Part shown: positions 40,578 through 50,264 of the stretch, piece by piece
Numbering within the stretch: the first letter of the stretch is position 1
Layout: each line of letters opens with the position of its first letter
NCBI GenBank assembly: GCA_051747805.1
Contig: JBNJGP010000004.1
Span: 1-61,376 of the forward strand
Source of the DNA: Candidatus Muiribacteriota bacterium
GTDB taxonomy: Bacteria; Muiribacteriota; Muiribacteriia; Muiribacteriales; Muiribacteriaceae
Length of the DNA: 61,376 nucleotides
Direction of reading: 5' to 3'
Notes under the pieces: model-generated
Told to the model about the DNA's origin: nothing
Databases searched by the model: none
The model's input: the letters and a program-made list of their open reading frames with translations, nothing else
Translations under genes and position numbers: made by a program

Positions 40578-41173
40578 GTATTAGAATGAAATCCATATTA
40601 GAACGTTTTGCCTCTTATATACTAATTCTTATATTTGTTTTTCTTAATTTATACTTTGTTTTATCTGTGCAAAATCAGAGTGAAAAAATTAATTTAAAAG
40701 AAACTGAAATTGCTCAAATTGAAAGTGAAATTCAAAATTTTGAAGAGGAGATGGAAAATCTTCAGATAAAATTAAATGAAAGAAGAGTAAAACAAAGTGA
40801 GCTGAACAATAAAACAGATTTGTTTAAAGATTATTTTATAACCAGAAAAGATATACCGGCTATAATGTCTTCAATTCAGGAAATTGGCGATAAATCAAAT
40901 GTTGATATAAAACTTTTTGAATATACTCCCATGAGGGAGGTAAACCTGACAGGTTTTATAAAGCTTGATTTTGAAATTTTTTTTAAAGGGGATTATAGAA
41001 ATATAAAAACTTTTTTATTTAATTTAGAAAATCTACCCTGGATTTTAAAACAGAAAGATATTTCTTTTGTAACTCTTTTTAATTCTTCCTCATATAAACA
41101 GGAGATGGAGTTAAGTATAAAATTATTTACCTATATAAGGGAGACAAATGTTAAAGCTGTTAGAAATAATTAA
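40574..41173 (+). CDS. pilO: PilO-like protein
   Basis: TM, coiled coil, IPAIMSSI, GDYRNIKTFL..LENLP. Confidence 0.75.
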   Translation: MSIRMKSILERFASYILILIFVFLNLYFVLSVQNQSEKINLKETEIAQIESEIQNFEEEMENLQIKLNERRVKQSELNNKTDLFKDYFITRKDIPAIMSSIQEIGDKSNVDIKLFEYTPMREVNLTGFIKLDFEIFFKGDYRNIKTFLFNLENLPWILKQKDISFVTLFNSSSYKQEMELSIKLFTYIRETNVKAVRNN

Positions 41174-41885
41174 AAAGAATATTATCCAATTTAAGTTTAT
41201 TTACGCTGGACTTGCTTTAATATTAATTTTATTTGTTATTAACAAGCTCTTCTGGCAGCCTGTTTTAGAACGTGAAGAAAAAACAGTTGAAGCCCAGCAG
41301 GATAACGAAGAACTTATGAGACAGAGAGAAGAGCAGAGATTTAAAATAGATGAAAACGGTGTTGTTTTTGACCCCACAGGAAGAATAGAAGAAATAGAAA
41401 ATACGCAGACAAAACCTCAACCAACAGATGAAGATACTGTAGAAAGAAGCGAAAGTGAGGATAAAGTTTATAATTCAGATGAAATAACAGAGTTTGAAGA
41501 AAAAATTGAGGATAGAATTTCTTATTTATATAATAGATTAATTAAACAGAAGGAAATTCAAGAGGAAGAGGGAATAGAAAAAAAAGAAGTTTCTGAGGTG
41601 AAAAAGGATTTATTTATTCCTTTTTATAAAAAAGAAAAAAATACGGATGAACAAGAAGAAGAAATAAAGTATAAACCGGATTATAATCTTAATTTAATTG
41701 AGTACAGGGGCTTTTATCAGAGGGGAGGAGTCAAAACTGCAATAATACGTTATGACGGTGAAATGCTTTATTTGAGCTCTGGAGATTTTTTAAAAAATAC
41801 TGTATTAAGTCTGTCAAAGGTAGAAAGCAGTCATATAGTTTTTATAGATGAAAAAAATCAGGAAGAAAAAATAATATATAAGTAG
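41148..41885 (+). CDS. PilP/GspC-like protein
   Basis: N-terminal TM, DLFIPF, YRGF...TAII...LSSGD C-terminal domain. Confidence 0.55.
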   Translation: MLKLLEIIKKNIIQFKFIYAGLALILILFVINKLFWQPVLEREEKTVEAQQDNEELMRQREEQRFKIDENGVVFDPTGRIEEIENTQTKPQPTDEDTVERSESEDKVYNSDEITEFEEKIEDRISYLYNRLIKQKEIQEEEGIEKKEVSEVKKDLFIPFYKKEKNTDEQEEEIKYKPDYNLNLIEYRGFYQRGGVKTAIIRYDGEMLYLSSGDFLKNTVLSLSKVESSHIVFIDEKNQEEKIIYK

Positions 41886-41907
41886 CGCTGTGCTTACAGG
41901 AGGTAAT

Positions 41908-43029
41908 ATGAATATATATTTACAGATGTTGTATGAAAAAGATGAAAATGTAAAGTTATATGCTTTAAATAAAATTAAAGGTAAAAAGCTTGATCAATCT
42001 GGCTGTGAAATTCTATTTTCGGCTTTGAAAAATTCTACTGAAGCTGTTCAGATGATCTTAATTGATTTATTAAACAAGCATCAGTACTTAAAAATATCAG
42101 AATATGCTGTCAACAATATTGAAAAAACTACATCACCACTTGTAAAGGCGACTCTTGTTAAATCCCTGGGAATTGGAGGAAACGCTGATAATATTCCTTA
42201 TATTGTAAAAAATCTTATTGCAGAAAATTCAAGAATTCGCGCAAACGCGGTAGAATCAATAAGTCAGATTAAAGGTAAAAATCTTACTGAGTTTTTATTA
42301 CCTATGAAGGACGACTCTAACCATCGAGTTAGATTAAATATTTTATACGCACTTTATGATTATGCGGGAGAGGAATTTTTCCCAGAAATTGTTAAATTTG
42401 CCTCAAGTGACAATAAAATGGATAGAGCAGCCTGTGCGCATACATTATCAAGAATTCACACAAAACGAGTTTTCCCCGTATTGATTTCGCTTCTTAAAGA
42501 TGATGAGAGTATTGTTAGAAAAAACACCGTGAAGGCTCTCAGCGGTGAAAAAAACATCACGTATTTAAAACATTTTATTTCTACTTTTTTAATAGAAAAA
42601 AACGAAAATGTAAAAAAAGAACTTATTTTGGCGATGGCTGAAACTGACAGTAACAAAGCGGTAGAAACACTTTATAAAAAAGTTAAGGAAAAAGAGTATA
42701 ATCATAAATATCCTGATTTTTTAAAAGCGCTGGCTCAATTAAAGTCAGATATGAGCCTGAGTATTTTAACTAACGCTTTAGAAAGTAGTAATCCTGAAAA
42801 CAGAAGTGCCGCAATAGAAGCTATAGGAGAGTATAAAAATAAAAATATAGTTGAAATTCTTCTTCCATTTTTAAAGGACAAAGATGAGGAAGTTCAGCTT
42901 AATGCAGCTAAAATACTGTGGAAATTTGGAATTATGAACGCCTATACTTCGTTGAAGAAAATAATGGATAATGGAAACGCTAAAGTTAAAAAGAAGGCCA
43001 AGTGTATTCTTACGCTTATGGGGCTGTAA
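41908..43029 (+). CDS. HEAT repeat protein
   Basis: RIRANAVES, VRKNTVKAL, RSAAIEAIG, VQLNAAKIL repeats; AGGAGG before ATG 41908. Confidence 0.85.
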   Translation: MNIYLQMLYEKDENVKLYALNKIKGKKLDQSGCEILFSALKNSTEAVQMILIDLLNKHQYLKISEYAVNNIEKTTSPLVKATLVKSLGIGGNADNIPYIVKNLIAENSRIRANAVESISQIKGKNLTEFLLPMKDDSNHRVRLNILYALYDYAGEEFFPEIVKFASSDNKMDRAACAHTLSRIHTKRVFPVLISLLKDDESIVRKNTVKALSGEKNITYLKHFISTFLIEKNENVKKELILAMAETDSNKAVETLYKKVKEKEYNHKYPDFLKALAQLKSDMSLSILTNALESSNPENRSAAIEAIGEYKNKNIVEILLPFLKDKDEEVQLNAAKILWKFGIMNAYTSLKKIMDNGNAKVKKKAKCILTLMGL

Positions 43030-43035
43030 ACCCCA

Positions 43036-44070
43036 TTATTTTTCTAATTTAACAAGGCCGTGGTCTGTACCTACCCATATATGTTCAACAGAATCTGCAA
43101 TTGATAATATTTTGTTTGAAGGCAGTCCGTCTGTTGTTGTAAAAGTCTCCCAGTTTTCTGTAAGGTTGGCCTTTTTTCTGTCATGTAAAATAGTCAGTCC
43201 TTTATCTGTTCCAAAATATACTTTTTCATCGGTAGCCAGTAAAGTTCTGACAAAATTGTCAGCAAGGCGGTCGTCCCAGCTTGTATAATTCTGCCATGAG
43301 CTACCATCAAAAACTGAAACTCCGCCCCATGTACCTAACCATATCTCATCATCTACAGAATCAAGGGTACATATGCTGTTATTGATTAGATTAGTGCTGT
43401 GTTCATTGATGATTTCGATTTCAAGCTCTTCTTTGTTTTCGTTATTAAAATAAAATGCTCCGTTAAATTTTGTTGCAAACCAAATATTACCCCCAAATTC
43501 AGTAATATCCATTATTTCATTTGCCGGAATTCCGTCATCAATATTATAATTATGCCATGAATTTTCATCTTGCATATAGATTCCGTTTCCCCAGCTTCCG
43601 GCCCAGAGTCTATTTTTAGAATCTTTAAACATACATATAATATTTCCAAAAGGTTCTTTATTATAAGTTGTGTGAGATTTCCATTTTAAACCCTCAAGTA
43701 CAGATATTCCCCCATTAGCCTTCAGAGAAATAGAGCTTGTCCACAGATTTTCATTCGCATCTTTTGCAATATCAGTAATATGATTCTGAGCTAAACCATC
43801 AGAAGTAGTATAAGTAATCCATCTTTCAGTATCAAATTTTACCAGCCCTTTCCAGGTTCCAATCCATATAGTTTCCCGTCCGTCAATGTATTCAACAAGA
43901 ATAGAGGAAATAAAGTTGTCAGCAAGCCCGTCCCGAGTATTAAATATAACCATCTGTTTTTCATTATCATCATTACTTAAATCAACTTCCTCAGAAGCCT
44001 CATTCTGAGAACAACCAGTCAGTAAAATAAAAATTGTTAATAAAAATATGGGTAAATTTTTCATTTTCAT
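43036..44070 (-). CDS. Lipoprotein with Reg_prop-type beta-propeller repeats
   Basis: Lipobox LTGC; repeats DGL..N.I..I......IWIGT..G. Confidence 0.85.
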   Translation of the reverse strand: MKMKNLPIFLLTIFILLTGCSQNEASEEVDLSNDDNEKQMVIFNTRDGLADNFISSILVEYIDGRETIWIGTWKGLVKFDTERWITYTTSDGLAQNHITDIAKDANENLWTSSISLKANGGISVLEGLKWKSHTTYNKEPFGNIICMFKDSKNRLWAGSWGNGIYMQDENSWHNYNIDDGIPANEIMDITEFGGNIWFATKFNGAFYFNNENKEELEIEIINEHSTNLINNSICTLDSVDDEIWLGTWGGVSVFDGSSWQNYTSWDDRLADNFVRTLLATDEKVYFGTDKGLTILHDRKKANLTENWETFTTTDGLPSNKILSIADSVEHIWVGTDHGLVKLEK

Positions 44071-44906
44071 TTTTTTATATGTCCTCTCGCCATTATATCT
44101 GCAATGGTGCTTTTAGCATACTGGCTTAAAATTGTAGTATTGTTATCCATTTTTATAACTTGCTCAAAGTTTTTTAAAGCTTCGGTATATTCGCCTTTAG
44201 CCATATGAATTTCCCCTCTAGTACAGTAAGAGGAAGGGAAATCCTTATTTATTTTTATAGACTTATTTACATAAATCATAGCCTGGTCTAATTTTTTAAG
44301 TTTAAGATAACAGTCTGCAATATTGTTTAATATTTTATTATCATTATGGTCAATTTCGAGAGCTTTTTTATAATTATCAAGAGCTTTTGAATATTCTTTG
44401 GTTTCATAATGAAGGTTTCCAAGATTATATAGTGTATCAGCATTAGAATTATCAATAGATAGTGCTTTTAAATAATAGTTCTGGGCATTTTTAAAATCTT
44501 CTTTTTCGAAATAACAAAGACCCAGATTATGATAGGCAAGAGAATTTTCGGGGTTTAAAGAAATAGCCTTTTCAAGATGCTTAATAGCCTTATCTAAATC
44601 TTTAATTTGATTTAAATAAGTAAAACCAAGGTTATAATGACTTTTTTCGTGGTCTGGTTTAATTTTAATAGCGGCAAACCAGGAGTCTATAGCTTTGTCA
44701 AAATCGTTTTTCATGTAAAATGTATTGCCTAGATTATAATATGATTTAAAAAAATCTTTATCTAATTCTATTGATTTATAGTAATATTTTAAAGCTTCCT
44801 CAAAATTTTTATTATAATAGTATTGGTTCCCAATATTTTTTAAAATCTCAGGATTTTCCGGCTGTTTTTGAAGCTCATTTTTTAATTTCTGAATTTGTTT
44901 CTGCAT
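44067..44906 (-). CDS. Tetratricopeptide repeat protein
   Basis: About 7 canonical TPRs (YYNLGN..Y...F..A). Confidence 0.92.
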   Translation of the reverse strand: MQKQIQKLKNELQKQPENPEILKNIGNQYYYNKNFEEALKYYYKSIELDKDFFKSYYNLGNTFYMKNDFDKAIDSWFAAIKIKPDHEKSHYNLGFTYLNQIKDLDKAIKHLEKAISLNPENSLAYHNLGLCYFEKEDFKNAQNYYLKALSIDNSNADTLYNLGNLHYETKEYSKALDNYKKALEIDHNDNKILNNIADCYLKLKKLDQAMIYVNKSIKINKDFPSSYCTRGEIHMAKGEYTEALKNFEQVIKMDNNTTILSQYAKSTIADIMARGHIKK

Positions 44907-44982
44907 AAAAACTCCCTGAAACTTTTTTATTACTATATTTTAATGATTAAAACAAATAAAGTCAAATTTCAGCCACACAGCA

Positions 44983-45339
44983 CACCAATTCTCAATGAAG
45001 TTTTTTTCGTAATGTTTTTATGTTTTTTGTTGTCGCCCCGGTGATGTTTTATGCCGGGGTCCATTGTACGCAGGAATCCAGTGTCCCTGTTTTTAATTTT
45101 TAAGCTTTTAACCAAATCCAGATACTCTCCGGGTTTTTCAAAAATATTAAACTGTTTCACTCTTCCAATGAAAATATAAACTATATGTTCCGGGTCCTGT
45201 CGTCGGTGCAGTTTCCCAAATTGAAATTGTTTAAAACCCCAATTTAACAATTTGGAAGCCCTCTGCACTCTAGCCACCCGGCAATTTACTTTTTTTGCTT
45301 CGAATCAAGAATTTTCTCTATTTTCATTGAGAATTGCTG
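44983..45339. mobile_element. MITE copy 2 (357 bp) with 9-bp target-site duplication
   Basis: TIRs CACCAATTCTCAATGAA / TTCATTGAGAATTGCTG; CACACAGCA duplicated at 44974-44982 and 45340-45348; right 39 bp near-identical to the reverse complement of copy 1's left end. Confidence 0.85.
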
Positions 45340-45361
45340 CACACAGCAATTTGTTTTAACA

Positions 45362-45390
45362 TTGAAAAATTATACTTTAAGCTGTATAAT
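45362..45390 (+). promoter_or_regulatory. Putative sigma70 promoter of the alaS operon
   Basis: TTGAAA-N17-TATAAT. Confidence 0.6.
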
Positions 45391-45435
45391 AACTCTCAAA
45401 ATATTGAATAAATGAAAATTAAATGAGGTTTTAAA

Positions 45436-48021
45436 ATGAAAAGTAATGACATAAGAGAAAAATTTTTAAGCTTTTTTGAAAACAGAGGCCATAAAAAAGT
45501 GAAAAGTGCTTCACTTCTGCCGGTTAATGACCCAACCCTTTTATTTACAAATGCCGGGATGAATCAATTTAAGGAAGTATTTGAAGGAAAAGAAAAAAGA
45601 GAGTATAAAAAGGCGGTCAGCTGTCAGAAATGTGTTCGTGCCGGAGGAAAACATAATGACCTGGATAATGTTGGTTATACTGCAAGACATCAAACTTTTT
45701 TTGAGATGCTTGGTAATTTTTCTTTTGGAGACTATTTTAAAAAAGAGGCGATTAAATATGCATGGGAATTTTTAACTGAGGTTTTAAATATTCCAGAAAA
45801 CAAACTTTATATCTCCGTTCACAGAGACGATGAAGAAGCCTTTAAAATATGGAATGAAAAAATGCAAATTGATAAAAAAAGAATTTACAGATTAGGCGAT
45901 GAGGACAACTTCTGGGCGATGGGACCAACTGGACCATGTGGGCCAAATTCTGAAATTTTTTATGACTTTGGGCCTGAATATGGATGTAATAAACCTGACT
46001 GTCAGGTAGGCTGTGAATGCGACAGATATGTTGAAATATGGAATAACGTTTTTATGGAATTTGAACGTCAGGAGGACGGAAGCAAAAAGAAGCTGCCAAA
46101 TCCTGGAATAGATACTGGTATGGGACTTGAAAGACTTGCCGCCGTTATGCAGGGTGTTCATTCAAACTATGAAATAGATATTTTTCAGTCAATAATAAAA
46201 GAGATTGAAAAAATAACAGACTGCAATTATAAAAATTCAGATGAGAAAAAAGATATATCTTTCCGTGTAGTGGCAGATCACCTCAGGTGTTCAGTATTTT
46301 TAATAAGTGATGGAATATTACCTGGAAATGAAGGAAGAAACTATGTTTTAAGAAGAATTATCCGCAGAGCAGTAAGGTATGGAAACGCTCTTTTAAATGA
46401 GCCTTTTATGTATAAACTTGTGGATATAATAGTTAAGGAAATGGGCGCGGCTTATGCTGAAATAAAAGATAAAAAAGATTTTATAATTAAAATAATTAAA
46501 AAAGAAGAGGAGTTGTTTTTTAAAACTTTAAAACTGGGAATAAAAATTCTTGAGGATATGGTTGATAAACATAAGAAAAACAATAAAAATATTTTTTCTG
46601 GTAAAGATGCTTTTGTGCTTTACGATACATATGGTTTTCCCCTTGATTTGACAGAGATTATTTTAAAGGAAAAAAATTTAAAAGTAGATAATAAAGAGTT
46701 TGAAGAAGCTATGCAGGAACAGATTCAACGTTCACAGAAAAGCTGGAAAGGTGGAAACCTGAAACTGAAACAGGAAGAATATTATAAGTTGAGACAGCAG
46801 ACAGGTAAGGTCGAGTTTGCAGGATATGATAGCTTATCTTTGGAAAGCGAAATTATTTATTCTACTCAAAATTTTTTTATTACCAGAAAAACTCCTTTTT
46901 ACGGCGAAGGTGGTGGCCAGGCTGGTGATACTGGAAAAGTGTTTTTCCGTGGCACAGAAGAAGTTGATATAGTTGACACAAAAAAACCTGTTGAAGGATT
47001 AATTGTTCATATTATTAATAAAAAAATTGATTTTAAGAAAGGAGAAACTGTTAAATTAGCTGTTGATAAGGAAAAAAGGCTTGCAACACAGAGAAATCAC
47101 TCCGCAACTCATTTGCTTCATAAAGCCTTAAGAAATATTATCGGAAATCATGCAGAACAGTCTGGCTCCTATGTTGACTCTGAGAGATTAAGATTTGATT
47201 TTAAACATTTTGAGCCTTTAACAGAAGAACAGTTGAATAAAATAGAGTTACTTGTAAACAATAATATTTTAAAAAATAATCCGGTAAAAAAAAGTCATCA
47301 TACTATTGAAGAGGCCCGTGAGTTAGGGGCAACAGCCTTGTTTGGTGAAAAATATGGTGAAAGAGTAAGAGTTGTTCAAATGGGTGAAAGTATGGAGCTT
47401 TGTGGCGGTTGCCATGTTGATAGAACTGGAGATATTGGTCTGTTTAAAATAATAAGCGAAACGTCTATTGCGGCTTCTGTTCGTAGAATTGAGGCTGTAT
47501 GTGGACTTGAAAGTTTAAAATATATAAATGATAATCTTCAGATATTATCAGAAATGCAGAAACAGTTTAAAGTTCCAGCGGGTGAGCTTCCGCGCAGAGT
47601 AAACAGATTAAAAGAAGATATAAAAAATATGCGTAAAGAAATAAATGATGCAAAGGCAGATTTGAATACTGCTGGTGATATTTCTGGATTTAAAACAGAG
47701 GATGTGCAGATAAATATTTTAACTAAAGAGGGGTTGAATAAAAATCAAATACGTGAGGCATGCGATAAGCTTGTTGAGGGAAAAGAAAAAAATGTTGCTG
47801 TAGTGCTTTCAGCTTTTAAAAATAACGTTAATATTGCAATAAAAGTTACCAAAGATATTTCAGATAAATTTCATGCAGGTAAATTGATGAAAGAGACAGC
47901 CTCTTTCTTTGGTGGTAAAGGCGGTGGCCGTGCTGAAATGGCGCAGGGTGCCGGAAAAGATACTGATAAAATAAATAATGCTGTTGATTATTTAAAAAAA
48001 ATTATACTGGAAAAAAAATGA
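45436..48021 (+). CDS. alaS: Alanine--tRNA ligase
   Basis: DPTLLFTNAGMNQFK, FFEMLGNFSFGDYFK, IDTGMGLERL, editing NHSATHLL/ELCGGCH, GGKGGG. Confidence 0.99.
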   Translation: MKSNDIREKFLSFFENRGHKKVKSASLLPVNDPTLLFTNAGMNQFKEVFEGKEKREYKKAVSCQKCVRAGGKHNDLDNVGYTARHQTFFEMLGNFSFGDYFKKEAIKYAWEFLTEVLNIPENKLYISVHRDDEEAFKIWNEKMQIDKKRIYRLGDEDNFWAMGPTGPCGPNSEIFYDFGPEYGCNKPDCQVGCECDRYVEIWNNVFMEFERQEDGSKKKLPNPGIDTGMGLERLAAVMQGVHSNYEIDIFQSIIKEIEKITDCNYKNSDEKKDISFRVVADHLRCSVFLISDGILPGNEGRNYVLRRIIRRAVRYGNALLNEPFMYKLVDIIVKEMGAAYAEIKDKKDFIIKIIKKEEELFFKTLKLGIKILEDMVDKHKKNNKNIFSGKDAFVLYDTYGFPLDLTEIILKEKNLKVDNKEFEEAMQEQIQRSQKSWKGGNLKLKQEEYYKLRQQTGKVEFAGYDSLSLESEIIYSTQNFFITRKTPFYGEGGGQAGDTGKVFFRGTEEVDIVDTKKPVEGLIVHIINKKIDFKKGETVKLAVDKEKRLATQRNHSATHLLHKALRNIIGNHAEQSGSYVDSERLRFDFKHFEPLTEEQLNKIELLVNNNILKNNPVKKSHHTIEEARELGATALFGEKYGERVRVVQMGESMELCGGCHVDRTGDIGLFKIISETSIAASVRRIEAVCGLESLKYINDNLQILSEMQKQFKVPAGELPRRVNRLKEDIKNMRKEINDAKADLNTAGDISGFKTEDVQINILTKEGLNKNQIREACDKLVEGKEKNVAVVLSAFKNNVNIAIKVTKDISDKFHAGKLMKETASFFGGKGGGRAEMAQGAGKDTDKINNAVDYLKKIILEKK

Positions 48022-48431
48022 AGATTCTGGCTATTGATTATGGTGATGCAAGACTTGGACTTGCTGTTTCTGATGTAACAGAAACTATTGCATCGCCTTT
48101 AAGTGTAATAAAGAATGAAAATACAAATCAAAAAATACAAAAAATAGTTGAGGATAATAAAATCGAAAAAATTGTTGTTGGAATTCCTTCGGATTCTGAG
48201 GGGCAGGATACAATACAAAGTAAAAAAATAAAGAAGTTTTATAAAAAATTAAAAAAGAATCTTAATATAGAAATACACCTTTTTGATGAAAATTATACCA
48301 CAAGAGACGCCTATGATATATTAAAGAAAATGGGATACTCAATGAAAAAAAGCAAAAAAAAAGTTGATGAGGTTGCTGCATCATTGATTTTAGAGGAGTA
48401 TTTGAAATGGGTAAAAAACCAGAACTCTTAG
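48018..48431 (+). CDS. ruvX: RuvX/YqgF family nuclease
   Basis: LAIDYG..RLGLAVSD, DENYTT, VDEVAA. Confidence 0.92.
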   Translation: MKILAIDYGDARLGLAVSDVTETIASPLSVIKNENTNQKIQKIVEDNKIEKIVVGIPSDSEGQDTIQSKKIKKFYKKLKKNLNIEIHLFDENYTTRDAYDILKKMGYSMKKSKKKVDEVAASLILEEYLKWVKNQNS

Positions 48432-49642
48432 CCCCGGCCGGTGATTTTGAGAAGTTGAAATTCGCCTTAGAGTATGGAGCAGACGCAGTTTATGCGGGCC
48501 TGAAAAGCTATTCTCTTAGAAAGAGGGCTAAAAATTTTAGTGATAAAGAGGTGAAAAAGGCAGTTGAATATACTCATGAAAGAAATAAAAAAATTTATAT
48601 TGCCTTAAACTCTTATTATACTGAAAACGACTTTGACAATTTAGGCGATGTACTTAGTTTTCTTGAAAAAATTAAAGTTGATGCTCTAATTGTTTCAGAT
48701 CCGGGCGTGATAAATTATATAAAAGATAATAAATTCAAAATTCCAATTCATTTATCAACCCAAGCAAATACTACCAATGCCGAGGCTGCCAGGTTCTGGT
48801 ATAAAAACGGAGTAGAGCGTATTATACTTGCAAGAGAACTCCAGCTTGAAAACATAAAAGAAATAGTAAAAAAAGTTCCTGAAATGGAGTTTGAAGCTTT
48901 TATACACGGTGCTATGTGCGTGTCATATTCTGGAAGATGCCTTATGTCCAGCTACTTAACTGGGCGTGACTCAAATAAAGGGGATTGTTCTCATCCCTGC
49001 CGCTGGAAGTACAGGCTGTATTATCTAGAAGAACAGAAAAGAAAAAATGAATTTCTGCCTGTATATGAACACGAGAGTGGAACTTATCTTTTTAATTCCA
49101 GAGATTTAAACCTTTCAAAAAAAATACCCGCAATGTGTGATTCTAATTTAAGCTCATTAAAAATAGAGGGAAGAATAAAATCAGCATATTATGTAGCTGT
49201 GGCTGTAAAAGTTTATAGACAAATAATAGATGAATATTTTAAAAAAGGTGAAAAATTCAAGTTTAAGAAAAAATGGACAGATGAACTGGAAAAAATAAGT
49301 CATCGTGATTATACAAGTTCTGTAATAGATGACGGATTTAAACCAGATGACCAGATATATGCAAACAGCTCTTATTTAAGAACACATAAAATAATTGGAT
49401 ATATCAGTGAAACAAATGAAAAAGGGGCAAGAATTAAACTTAAAAATGAACTTCGCTATGGGCAGCAAGTTGATGTAATTGGACCTGAAGCGGGATTTAA
49501 GCAAATAGTGCATGATTTTTATAAAAAAGAGGATACTGGTGAGCTGGTCAGAACAATGAAGGCAAATCACCATGATGATATTTACATGAACTTTGATAAA
49601 CCAGTTAAAGATTTATATATAATAAGGGCAAGAGAAAATTAA
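48407..49642 (+). CDS. U32 peptidase family protein (TrhP/YegQ-like tRNA hydroxylation)
   Basis: PELLAPAG, HLSTQAN, HGAMCVSYSGRC, CSHPCRW, SLKIEGR. Confidence 0.92.
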   Translation: MGKKPELLAPAGDFEKLKFALEYGADAVYAGLKSYSLRKRAKNFSDKEVKKAVEYTHERNKKIYIALNSYYTENDFDNLGDVLSFLEKIKVDALIVSDPGVINYIKDNKFKIPIHLSTQANTTNAEAARFWYKNGVERIILARELQLENIKEIVKKVPEMEFEAFIHGAMCVSYSGRCLMSSYLTGRDSNKGDCSHPCRWKYRLYYLEEQKRKNEFLPVYEHESGTYLFNSRDLNLSKKIPAMCDSNLSSLKIEGRIKSAYYVAVAVKVYRQIIDEYFKKGEKFKFKKKWTDELEKISHRDYTSSVIDDGFKPDDQIYANSSYLRTHKIIGYISETNEKGARIKLKNELRYGQQVDVIGPEAGFKQIVHDFYKKEDTGELVRTMKANHHDDIYMNFDKPVKDLYIIRAREN

Positions 49643-49645
49643 ATA

Positions 49646-49903
49646 ATGATTTATAATACAGAAAGCATATATTATGAAATCGAGAGAAAAAATCAGTTTT
49701 TTATTATAAACGTTTTTGAAGCATATGAGGGAGTTGCTTCTGCATATACCGTTGATAAAAACAACAATATTATTGAGTTTATGGTTCACAAAACAAGGTT
49801 AGATGAATTTTTTAATATAATGAATTTTTTTGAGAAAAAACGAAAAATAGTCAGGAGGTTAGATGCTTTATCAGATAAATATAAAAACTTCAGCTCAGAC
49901 TGA
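49646..49903 (+). CDS. Small hypothetical protein (DUF4911-like)
   Basis: I...FEAYEGVA...TVD pattern; typical position after a U32 gene. Confidence 0.6.
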   Translation: MIYNTESIYYEIERKNQFFIINVFEAYEGVASAYTVDKNNNIIEFMVHKTRLDEFFNIMNFFEKKRKIVRRLDALSDKYKNFSSD

Positions 49904-50261
49904 GTTAAAAGATATAACAAGCGAGGTAAAAAATATTATTAAAAAGGCGAAAATATTAAATGGTATAATTACAATTTTTATTCCACATACAACCGCGGCC
50001 CTTACAATAAACGAAAACGCCGATCCCGATGTAAAAACAGATATTTTAAAAGAAATTAATAAGGTGATTCCTTTTGATGATGGTTATTTACATATGGAAG
50101 GTAATTCAGCCGCCCATATAAAGGCTTCACTTTTTGGTTTTGATAGAAATATTATTGTGGATGAAGGAGAACCTGTTCTGGGAACATGGCAGAATATTTA
50201 TTTTGCCGAATTTGACGGTCCAAGAACTAGAAAAGCATATATAAAAGTAATAAAAGGGTAA
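49863..50261 (+). CDS. yjbQ: YjbQ/UPF0047 family protein
   Basis: PHTTAALTINENADPDV, H.EGNSAAHIK, LGTWQ.IYFAEFDGPR. Confidence 0.93.
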   Translation: MLYQINIKTSAQTELKDITSEVKNIIKKAKILNGIITIFIPHTTAALTINENADPDVKTDILKEINKVIPFDDGYLHMEGNSAAHIKASLFGFDRNIIVDEGEPVLGTWQNIYFAEFDGPRTRKAYIKVIKG

Positions 50262-50264
50262 AAA

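Noticed and set aside
44969-45277. 102-aa minus-strand ORF as a possible transposase remnant, or a T-box leader for alaS
   Set aside because: No transposase motif or RBS; no T-box consensus; the alaS promoter lies downstream of the element.
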